The notes below the pieces were generated by a model. The model did not search any database. It saw only the letters and a program-made list of their open reading frames with translations, and was not told where the DNA came from. From the NCBI GenBank assembly GCA_045535455.1, contig JAZSLQ010000253.1, positions 906 to 64,905 of the forward strand: a stretch of DNA of 64,000 nt, given 5' to 3'. Shown here in pieces: positions 53,988 through 60,974 of this stretch. The DNA comes from Kiritimatiellia bacterium (lineage in GTDB: Bacteria; Verrucomicrobiota; Kiritimatiellia; RFP12; UBA1067). Numbering within the stretch: position 1 is the stretch's first letter; each line of letters opens with the position of its first letter. Both the position numbers and the translations under genes were made by a program.

Positions 53988-56204
53988 ATGAAACAGATAT
54001 TGCAATCATTCAAGACAGGTGAAATGTGGCTCGCTGAAGTGCCGGCGCCGCTTTGCAAGGGCAAAGGGGCGGTGGTGCAGACAGCCGCAAGCTTCGTGAG
54101 CGCGGGGACGGAGCGTATGCTCGCCGAGTTCGCCAAGAAGGGACTCGTCGGCAAGGCGCTGCAAATGCCAGACCAAGTGAAAAAGGTCATCCGCAAGATG
54201 AAGACGGAGGGCGTCTTCGCCACTCTTGAGAAAGTGCAGGCGAAACTCGATCAGCCGATTCCGCTTGGCTACTCATCGGCGGGTGTTGTCGTTGAGGCGG
54301 GACGAGATTCGGGCTTCAATGTTTGCGACCGTGTTGCCTGTGGTGGCGCGGGATTCGCAAATCACGCGGAGTTCAACTATGTGCCGCGCAACTTGATGGT
54401 TAAGATTCCGGATGGCGTGAGCTTCGAGGACGCGAGCTGCGCGACGGTCGGATCGATCGCGCTGCAGGGCGTTAGGCAGTGCGAGGTGAATCTCGGAGAG
54501 ACGGTCGCGGTGATCGGACTGGGGCTTATGGGCATTCTTGCCGTCCAGATGCTGAAGGCGAGCGGATGTCGAGTAATCGGGTTCGATCCGAATTCAGGGC
54601 GTTGCAAGCTCGCGGAGGAGATGGGCTGCGATAGGGCGGTCAGCGACAATTTTGCCGCGGAGTGTATGGCGTTCTCGGGTGGCTTCGGCGTCGATGCGGT
54701 GCTTATTACTGCGGCGACGCATTCTGACGAGCCGGTGACAGTCGCGGCGGAGATCAGCCGCAAGAAGGGCAAGGTCGTTGCGACGGGGCTTGTGGGGATG
54801 AATTTGCCTCGCGACCAATACTACAAGAAAGAAGTTGATTTCCGGCTTAGCTGCTCCTACGGCCCTGGACGCTATGACCCTGTGTATGAGGAGCAGGGTA
54901 TTGATTATCCGTTTGGCTATGTTCGTTGGACGGAGCAGCGAAACATGGCGGCATTTTTGCAGCTTGTCGCGGAAGGGAAGGTTACACCGTCGAAGCTTGT
55001 GACGCATAGATTCAAGTTTGATGACGCGCTTGATGCCTACCAGGTGCTGCTGGGAATCAAGAAGGAGCCGTATCTTGGTATCGTCTTGGAGTATGGAGAT
55101 GTTTTAACGCAGAGGCGCGAAGGCGCAGAGGACGCAGAGATTTGCAGGAGGGTAGATTTTGGTCGCCCCTCTGCACTAAAAACAGAAAATGTAGGCGTGT
55201 CGTTTATAGGGTGCGGGAATTTTGCGAAGGCGGTGCTGCTTCCGACGCTAAAGAAAACGAAGGGAGTAGCCTTCCGCGGCGTTTCCACCGCGACAGGAAT
55301 GAGCGCCACAGACACCGCAAAGAAGTACGGCTTTGCATTCGCCGCAACGGATCAGGCCGAGGTGCTGAAGGATGCGGAAACGAACCTCGTTATGGTGACA
55401 ACACGCCATGATATGCATGCCACACAGATCAAGGCGGCGCTTGATGCCGGGAAGTACGTATTCTCCGAAAAGCCACTTTGTATCAATGAGGAACAGTTAG
55501 AGAAACTTTTAGCCACAAAGGACACAGAGATCACAAAAGAGTCCTCTGCAACTCTGCGACTCTGCGACTCTGCGTTAAAAAATCGCGTTATGATCGGCTT
55601 CAATCGCCGCTTCTCGCCTCATGCCAAGTTGCTGAAGGAGTATTTCTCGAAGCGGACGCTGCCGCTTGTGATGCACTATCGCGTCAACGCGGGGTCGATT
55701 CCGAAGGACATCTGGCTTCAGGACCCGGAAGTTGGCGGCGGACGTATGGTTGGCGAAGGATGTCACTTCATTGACTTCATGAGCTATGTCTGCGGTGCGC
55801 CGGTTGAGAAGGTTCAGGCGATGTGCATCAAGACGGCAAATGGGGCCGAGACGCCGGAGGACTCGATTAGCGTCAATCTCCAGTTTGCGGACGGCAGCGT
55901 GGGAACGCTTGAGTATGTCGCTCTCGGCGACACGACGCTGCCGAAGGAGTTCTGCGAAATACACGGCGAGGGCTCGACGGCGACGATGGACAACTTCTGC
56001 AAGACCGTCTGCTCCGGCAAGCTTGGAAAGCGCAAGCTGAAAGGCAAGCAGCAGAAGGGGTTCAGGGAGGAGTTGGAGGCGACGATTGAGGCGGTGAAGA
56101 ATGGGAAAGCGATGCCGATTCCGTTTGACCAGATTCTCAATGTCACGAAAACAACTTTTGCTGTACTCAAGGCCGTCAAGTCTGGGCAGAGCGAAGAAGT
56201 CTAA
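53988..56204 (+). CDS. Bi-domain oxidoreductase: MDR/alcohol-dehydrogenase-like N-domain + Gfo/Idh/MocA C-domain
   Basis: 738 aa. The N-terminal half has an MDR pattern (GYSSAGVV..., VAVIGLGLMGILAVQ). The C-terminal half has VSFIGCGNFA Rossmann and GFNRRF motifs. Carries two heptad-array repeats in linker regions. Confidence 0.8.
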   Translation: MKQILQSFKTGEMWLAEVPAPLCKGKGAVVQTAASFVSAGTERMLAEFAKKGLVGKALQMPDQVKKVIRKMKTEGVFATLEKVQAKLDQPIPLGYSSAGVVVEAGRDSGFNVCDRVACGGAGFANHAEFNYVPRNLMVKIPDGVSFEDASCATVGSIALQGVRQCEVNLGETVAVIGLGLMGILAVQMLKASGCRVIGFDPNSGRCKLAEEMGCDRAVSDNFAAECMAFSGGFGVDAVLITAATHSDEPVTVAAEISRKKGKVVATGLVGMNLPRDQYYKKEVDFRLSCSYGPGRYDPVYEEQGIDYPFGYVRWTEQRNMAAFLQLVAEGKVTPSKLVTHRFKFDDALDAYQVLLGIKKEPYLGIVLEYGDVLTQRREGAEDAEICRRVDFGRPSALKTENVGVSFIGCGNFAKAVLLPTLKKTKGVAFRGVSTATGMSATDTAKKYGFAFAATDQAEVLKDAETNLVMVTTRHDMHATQIKAALDAGKYVFSEKPLCINEEQLEKLLATKDTEITKESSATLRLCDSALKNRVMIGFNRRFSPHAKLLKEYFSKRTLPLVMHYRVNAGSIPKDIWLQDPEVGGGRMVGEGCHFIDFMSYVCGAPVEKVQAMCIKTANGAETPEDSISVNLQFADGSVGTLEYVALGDTTLPKEFCEIHGEGSTATMDNFCKTVCSGKLGKRKLKGKQQKGFREELEATIEAVKNGKAMPIPFDQILNVTKTTFAVLKAVKSGQSEEV
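55104..55148 (+). repeat. Heptad-array repeat, type A (CGCAGAG orientation)
   Basis: TTAACGCAGAGgcgcgaagGCGCAGAGgaCGCAGAGatttgcagg, translated in frame as LTQRREGAEDAEICR. Confidence 0.85.
55543..55578 (-). repeat. Heptad-array repeat, type A (CTCTGCG orientation), convergent partner of 55104-55148
   Basis: cctctgcaaCTCTGCGaCTCTGCGaCTCTGCGTTAA, translated as SSATLRLCDSALK. Its reverse complement shares TTAACGCAGAG plus further heptads with 55104-55148. Confidence 0.85.
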
Positions 56205-57688
56205 TGGCGATCGGTAGATTAGTTAGAACGTTGCAATATCTGAAGCTCCGTCAGATCTGGTATCAGGTTTGGCGTAGGATTCAGAAGGGGCTTGAAGCAC
56301 ATCCGAAGTGTGGAGGCGAAGAGCTGCCGGAGTTTACATTTCTCAATCTGACGGCGAAGCCGAAGGGATGGAATGACGAGTCACTGGATATGCTGTGGAG
56401 GTATAACCTGCATTACTTCGATTGGGTTTTAACGCAGAGGCGCAGAGACGCGGAGTACGCAGAGAATCTACTGGAGAGGTGGATAAAAGATAATCCTAAA
56501 GGTTGCGTCCCTGGTTGGGATCCATACCCCACGAGCCTTCGTATTGTCAATTGGGTTAAATATCTACAAACCCGCTCTGCGCACTCAGCGTCTCTGCGCC
56601 TCTGCGTTGAAAACTCCTTGCGCGCTCAGCTCGATTACCTCGCTAAGCACATAGAATGGCACATCCTTGCGAATCACCTCCTCGCCAACCTCAAGGCACT
56701 TGTAATCGGGAACAGGTTTCTTGGACGTGATTGTGATAAATGGATGCGGCTCTACGAGAAACAGATTGGTGAGCAGGTGTTGCCAGATGGTGGACACTAC
56801 GAGCGTAGCGTCATGTACCATGCAATCATCCTGGAGGATGTGTTGGATGTAATCAAGTTCTGCGGCGAAGATGCCGCTTGGCTAAGGCCGGTTGCGGCGA
56901 AGATGCTGCGCTATCTAGTCAACATGACCGGTCCGGACGGAAAGATTGCCATGTTCAACGATGCTGCCGATGCTATTGCCAAGCCTACAGATTGGATTGT
57001 CAGTTACGCAAATAAACTTGGCTTTGAAGCACCGATTGCAGAGCCGTTTGTCGATTTTCCTGATACGGGCTACACGCGAATGACTGTGGGAGATTTCGTT
57101 TTATTTGTAGATACTGCTCCGATAGGTCCCGACTACCAGCCGGGGCATGCGCATGCCGATACGCTCACCTACGAGTTGTATTACAAGGGGCGGAAGGTTG
57201 TGACAGATTCCGGTACTAGCGAATATCGCGGCAAAAGACGTGCATTCGAACGTTCGACCGCCGCCCACAATGTCGTGGAGGTCGGCGGACGCAATTCAAG
57301 CGAGGTTTGGAGTTCGCACCGTGTCGGGGCGAGAGCGAGAATTGTGAAGCGCGGGGTCGAACAGGGACGAATTTTCGCCGCGCACGATGGATACGGGTTT
57401 GAGGTCGGAAGGGAATGGCGACTCACGAATGAAGGACTTTCTGTAACGGAGCGGGTAAAGAGCTCGGGCAATTGTGTCACGAGGGTCCACATGAGTTTAG
57501 CCGCAAAGGACGCAAAGTTAGCAAAGGAAGAAATTTGTTTTGAGACTACTGGGATTAATGTCAAAGGGCTTGTTGATTTTAAAGAGTATGAATATGCTGT
57601 TGAGTTTGGCAAGTCGGAAAAAGGTGTGTGTATGTCTAGTGCTTTCAATGGAGGAGAGTTCTCGTATTCAATAATCCCTACGGTTTAG
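56204..57688 (+). CDS. Heparinase II/III-like family protein (polysaccharide-locus type)
   Basis: 494 aa. LWRYNLHYFDW, GWDPYPTSLRIVNWVKY and WHILANHLLANLKAL match my recollection of this family. TAATG overlap with the upstream gene. Confidence 0.75.
   Translation: MAIGRLVRTLQYLKLRQIWYQVWRRIQKGLEAHPKCGGEELPEFTFLNLTAKPKGWNDESLDMLWRYNLHYFDWVLTQRRRDAEYAENLLERWIKDNPKGCVPGWDPYPTSLRIVNWVKYLQTRSAHSASLRLCVENSLRAQLDYLAKHIEWHILANHLLANLKALVIGNRFLGRDCDKWMRLYEKQIGEQVLPDGGHYERSVMYHAIILEDVLDVIKFCGEDAAWLRPVAAKMLRYLVNMTGPDGKIAMFNDAADAIAKPTDWIVSYANKLGFEAPIAEPFVDFPDTGYTRMTVGDFVLFVDTAPIGPDYQPGHAHADTLTYELYYKGRKVVTDSGTSEYRGKRRAFERSTAAHNVVEVGGRNSSEVWSSHRVGARARIVKRGVEQGRIFAAHDGYGFEVGREWRLTNEGLSVTERVKSSGNCVTRVHMSLAAKDAKLAKEEICFETTGINVKGLVDFKEYEYAVEFGKSEKGVCMSSAFNGGEFSYSIIPTV
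56429..56464 (+). repeat. Heptad-array repeat, type A (CGCAGAG orientation), left arm of a 36-bp inverted repeat
   Basis: TTAACGCAGAGGCGCAGAGACGCGGAGTACGCAGAG, translated as LTQRRRDAEYAE. Confidence 0.9.
56575..56610 (-). repeat. Heptad-array repeat, type A, right arm (33/36 reverse-complement match to 56429-56464)
   Basis: CTCTGCGCACTCAGCGTCTCTGCGCCTCTGCGTTGA. Its reverse complement TCAACGCAGAGGCGCAGAGACGCTGAGTGCGCAGAG differs from the left arm at 3 positions. Translated as SAHSASLRLCVE. Confidence 0.9.
57500..57527 (+). repeat. Heptad-array repeat, type B (CGCAAAG orientation)
   Basis: GCCGCAAAGgaCGCAAAGttaGCAAAGG in the 3' part of the heparinase-like gene (LAAKDAKLAKE). Confidence 0.8.
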
Positions 57689-57698
57689 GAAACCGTAG
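57678..57698 (+). other. Perfect 9-bp hairpin overlapping the heparinase-like gene stop codon
   Basis: CTACGGTTT agg AAACCGTAG. The stop TAG is at 57686-57688. There is no U tract, so it is not a canonical intrinsic terminator. Confidence 0.4.
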
Positions 57699-57725
57699 GT
57701 CGTGTGTGTCGCATATTGTAAAATT

Positions 57726-57752
57726 CTTTGCGACCTTTGCGTTCTTTACGGC
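57726..57752 (-). repeat. Heptad-array repeat, type B (CTTTGCG orientation) in the 5' UTR of the GT4 gene
   Basis: CTTTGCGACCTTTGCGTTCTTTACGGC. Its reverse complement GCCGTAAAGAACGCAAAGGTCGCAAAG matches 58981-59007 at 25/27 positions. Confidence 0.9.
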
Positions 57753-57765
57753 TAAAACCAAAACA

Positions 57766-59016
57766 ATGAAAATCCTATTTTTTTCTCATTACTATACTCC
57801 TGAGGGCAATGCCCCGGCAACGCGAGTGAGCGCATTGTGTGAGCGCTGGGTAAAGGCCGGGCACGATGTCACGGTCGTGACATGTCCGCCGAATGTTCCG
57901 AATGGAATCGTCTATGACGGCTACGCCAACAGGCGTACTAGCGAAGTCATCAACGGCGTCAAGGTCGAGCGCGTGAAGCTCTACATCGCCGCCAACAAGG
58001 GTGCGGTCAAGCGCATGTTCAACTTCGTCAGCTACTTTCTGAAGGCGCTCTTAGCAGCGTTGCGGTTGCCGAAGCCGGATGTCGTCGTTGCGACGAGTCC
58101 GCAGATATTCTGTGGCTATGCTGGAGTATGGTACAAGCGATTGAGGCATGTACCGTTGGTGATTGAGATACGTGATATCTGGCCTGAGTCGATGGGCGCG
58201 GTTGGCGCGAACATCCCGAAGATCGCCTACTGGAATCTCGAGCGAATAGAGAAGGCGATGTACAAGAAATGCGACCGGCTCGTTACGCTTGGACAAGGAT
58301 ACTATGACCGCCTTGCCGAAAAGGGTGTGCCGAAGGAGAAGATGTCCATTGTCATGAACGGCACCGACCTCGCGGTATATTCGCCGCGAGAGAAGAATGC
58401 AGAGCTGCTGAAGAAGTTTGGCCTAGAGGATAAGTTTGTTGTGAGCTACATCGGGACTGTTGGCATGGCCTGCGGACTGGAGGTTGTATTGGATGCGGCG
58501 GAAATTATTAGCCGCAAAGATCGCAAAGAGGTAGTGTTTGTGGTTGTGGGAGACGGTGCACACAGGGAGCGATTGGAGTCGGAGGCGAAAAAGCGTGGAC
58601 TGGCAAATGTAGTATTCACGGGACGACAGCCGAAAAGTTCGATGCCGGATTGGGTGAGTTCGAGCGATGCAAGCCTCGTTCATTTGAAGAAGACCGAGCT
58701 GTTTACGACGGTGATGCCGAGCAAGATATTCGAATCAGCAGGGTGCAAGCGACCGATCATAATGGGCGTGGACGGTTTTGCGAAGAAGCTTGTGATGGAT
58801 GCGAATGCTGGACTCGACATGACACCCGAAAACGCCGATTCGCTTGTTGAGTGCGTTGAGAAGTTGGTCGGAGACCCTGAGCTTTGTAAGCAGCTGGGTG
58901 AAAACGCCTACAACAACATCGCCAAAGTCCATAACCGCGACAAGCAGGCAGAAGATTATCTGAAGACTCTTGAGATGTTAGCCGCAGAGAACGCAAAGGT
59001 CGCAAAGCCTTTGTGA
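57766..59016 (+). CDS. Glycosyltransferase family 4 (WbuB-like)
   Basis: Start moved to MKILFFSHYYTPEGNAPATRV (ATG 57766), the typical WbuB-type N-terminus. C-terminal GT-B motif region. Confidence 0.85.
   Translation: MKILFFSHYYTPEGNAPATRVSALCERWVKAGHDVTVVTCPPNVPNGIVYDGYANRRTSEVINGVKVERVKLYIAANKGAVKRMFNFVSYFLKALLAALRLPKPDVVVATSPQIFCGYAGVWYKRLRHVPLVIEIRDIWPESMGAVGANIPKIAYWNLERIEKAMYKKCDRLVTLGQGYYDRLAEKGVPKEKMSIVMNGTDLAVYSPREKNAELLKKFGLEDKFVVSYIGTVGMACGLEVVLDAAEIISRKDRKEVVFVVVGDGAHRERLESEAKKRGLANVVFTGRQPKSSMPDWVSSSDASLVHLKKTELFTTVMPSKIFESAGCKRPIIMGVDGFAKKLVMDANAGLDMTPENADSLVECVEKLVGDPELCKQLGENAYNNIAKVHNRDKQAEDYLKTLEMLAAENAKVAKPL
58511..58530 (+). repeat. Heptad-array repeat, type B (short copy) inside the GT4 gene
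   Basis: GCCGCAAAGatCGCAAAGAG, translated as SRKDRKE. Confidence 0.55.
58981..59007 (+). repeat. Heptad-array repeat, type B, at the 3' end of the GT4 gene
   Basis: GCCGCAGAGAACGCAAAGGTCGCAAAG, translated as AAENAKVAK. Inverted partner of 57726-57752 and of 59022-59035. Confidence 0.9.
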
Positions 59017-59021
59017 TCTGT

Positions 59022-59035
59022 GCGTTCTTTGCGGC
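59022..59035 (-). repeat. Half-copy of the type B repeat forming a 14-bp stem with 58981-58994 across the GT4 stop codon
   Basis: GCGTTCTTTGCGGC is the reverse complement of GCCGCAAAGAACGC, with one G-U position against 58981-58994. The loop is 27 nt and contains the stop at 59014-59016. Confidence 0.8.
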
Positions 59036-59048
59036 AAAAGGAATATTT

Positions 59049-60203
59049 ATGAAAATAGTATCAGTAGTAGGGGCGCGGCCGAACTTCATGAAGGTTGCGC
59101 CGTTCTGTCGTGCGCTTAAGGCATATCCTGACGTAAAGCACGTACTGGTCCATACGGGGCAGCACTATGACGTCAGGATGAGCGAGCAGTTCTTCAAGGA
59201 GCTGGACATCCCCAATCCCGACATCAATCTCGAGATTGGTTCTGGGTCTCATGCCGAGCAGGTCGGGCGCACGATGATTGCGTTCGAGAAGGTGCTACGC
59301 GAGGGGAAGCCCGATTGGGTTGTGGTGCTGGGCGATGTCAATGCGACGTGCGCGTGTTCCATTACGGCGAAGAAGGAGCATATCAAATGTGCTCATATTG
59401 AGGCGGGTTTGCGAAGCCGCGACATGGACATGCCTGAGGAGATAAATCGACTCGTGACAGACCGACTCAGCGACCTTCTGTTGACGCCCGATCGGCTGAG
59501 CAATGCAAATCTCAAGGCAGAGGGTGTGCCAGATGAGAAGGTCAAGTTTGTCGGCAACATCATGATCGACACTCTTGAACGCGAGCGTGAGAAGGCGGCG
59601 GCGCTTGATCTGTCCAAGATTGTAGCAGACAATCTTATAGATGAATATCCAACCTCCGCCTCTCTGCGCCTCTGCGCCTCTGCGTTAAAAGATAGAAAAT
59701 ATGTTGCAATGACGATGCATCGTCCGAGCAATGTGGATCAACGCGAGACACTGGAGCCGGCAATGAGGTTCTTTCTCGACGAGATTACGAAGGAATATCC
59801 GATTGTCTGGGCGATACACCCGCGCGCGCAGAAGATGCTGAAGGAGTTTGGGCTCTGGGACGAGGTTGTGGCTAATGAGAATATGATCCTTGTCAAGCCG
59901 CTTGGCTATCATGCGATGCTGCGGCTCAACATGGGTGCGCGGCTCTTCATGACCGACTCCGGTGGCCTTCAGGAGGAATGTTGCGTACTTGGGACGCCAT
60001 GTCTCACGATGCGGTGGAACACCGAGCGTCCGATCACGCTGATGGAAAATGGCGGCGCATCCATCCTCGTCGGCAATGCGGTCGGGAAGATGCGCGATGC
60101 CTATCGGTCGCAGATTGATGCGCCACGTCATGCGATGCGCCCCGAACTTTGGGACGGACATACGGCGGAAAGAATCGCGGAATGCATTGTAAAAGGAATG
60201 TAA
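59049..60203 (+). CDS. UDP-N-acetylglucosamine 2-epimerase (non-hydrolysing), second paralog
   Basis: Start moved to MKIVSVVGARPNFMKVAP (ATG 59049). CAHIEAGLRSRD and TDSGGLQEECCVLGTPCLTMRWNTERP. Carries a type A repeat in the interdomain linker. Confidence 0.88.
   Translation: MKIVSVVGARPNFMKVAPFCRALKAYPDVKHVLVHTGQHYDVRMSEQFFKELDIPNPDINLEIGSGSHAEQVGRTMIAFEKVLREGKPDWVVVLGDVNATCACSITAKKEHIKCAHIEAGLRSRDMDMPEEINRLVTDRLSDLLLTPDRLSNANLKAEGVPDEKVKFVGNIMIDTLEREREKAAALDLSKIVADNLIDEYPTSASLRLCASALKDRKYVAMTMHRPSNVDQRETLEPAMRFFLDEITKEYPIVWAIHPRAQKMLKEFGLWDEVVANENMILVKPLGYHAMLRLNMGARLFMTDSGGLQEECCVLGTPCLTMRWNTERPITLMENGGASILVGNAVGKMRDAYRSQIDAPRHAMRPELWDGHTAERIAECIVKGM
59653..59688 (-). repeat. Heptad-array repeat, type A (CTCTGCG orientation), solo copy
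   Basis: cctccgcCTCTCTGCGcCTCTGCGcCTCTGCGTTAA, translated as TSASLRLCASALK. I saw no convergent partner within the gene. Confidence 0.85.
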
Positions 60204-60216
60204 AGGAGAAACAACA

Positions 60217-60972
60217 ATGGTAAAAGTAGGAATAGTTGGCTGTGGTTTTGTGGGCGGAGCCCTAAAGGCATGGCTTGAAGAGAACAACAAGGACGCCCAA
60301 ATCTTTGTGAGTGATCCGCCAAAGGGATATAATGACGACCTTTCGCAGATCGACATCGCGTTTCTGCAGATACATGTCCCTACCGAGGATGACGGAACAC
60401 AGGATCTGACTCTGATGAAGCAGCTCATCAAAGGGCTGCCGAATGTCCCAGTGTTCGTCAGAACGACGATTCTCCCAGGAACGAGCGATATGCTTTCGAA
60501 GGAGACTGGACATCAAGTCTGCTATATGCCGGAGTTCTTAACGGAGAGGACGCATATCGAGGACTTCAAGAAGCAGACGATGGTGTTCACCGGAGCGGTA
60601 GACCTGCTGGTGAAAGTTTTCCCAGGCAAGAAATTCACCGTGATGAGTCCGTTGGAGGCAGAACTTACGAAGTACATCCACAATGTCTTCGGGGCGTACA
60701 AGGTCACCTACTTCAACGCGGCGAAGGAGTATGTCGAGAAGATGGGTGGCGATTGGGCGAAGGTCCACACAGGTGTTCTCCTCTCTGGCTACATCAACGA
60801 CACGCATACATATGTTCCTGGCCCAGATGGAAAGTGCGGATATGGCGGCAAGTGCTTCCCTAAGGACGTCAATGCGTTTGCGAAGATGACGAAGGGTACG
60901 TCGATGGGAACGCTACTGGCTCCGCTCCACGAGTTGAACGTCCACTTCCGAGGCTTTGAAGAGCACATCTAA
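60217..60972 (+). CDS. Short UDP-glucose/GDP-mannose-dehydrogenase-family-like NAD-binding protein
   Basis: 251 aa. Rossmann motif VGIVGCGFVGGAL and catalytic-Cys context GYGGKCFPKD. Appears to lack the C-terminal UDP-binding domain of full-length enzymes. Confidence 0.6.
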   Translation: MVKVGIVGCGFVGGALKAWLEENNKDAQIFVSDPPKGYNDDLSQIDIAFLQIHVPTEDDGTQDLTLMKQLIKGLPNVPVFVRTTILPGTSDMLSKETGHQVCYMPEFLTERTHIEDFKKQTMVFTGAVDLLVKVFPGKKFTVMSPLEAELTKYIHNVFGAYKVTYFNAAKEYVEKMGGDWAKVHTGVLLSGYINDTHTYVPGPDGKCGYGGKCFPKDVNAFAKMTKGTSMGTLLAPLHELNVHFRGFEEHI

Positions 60973-60974
60973 AG

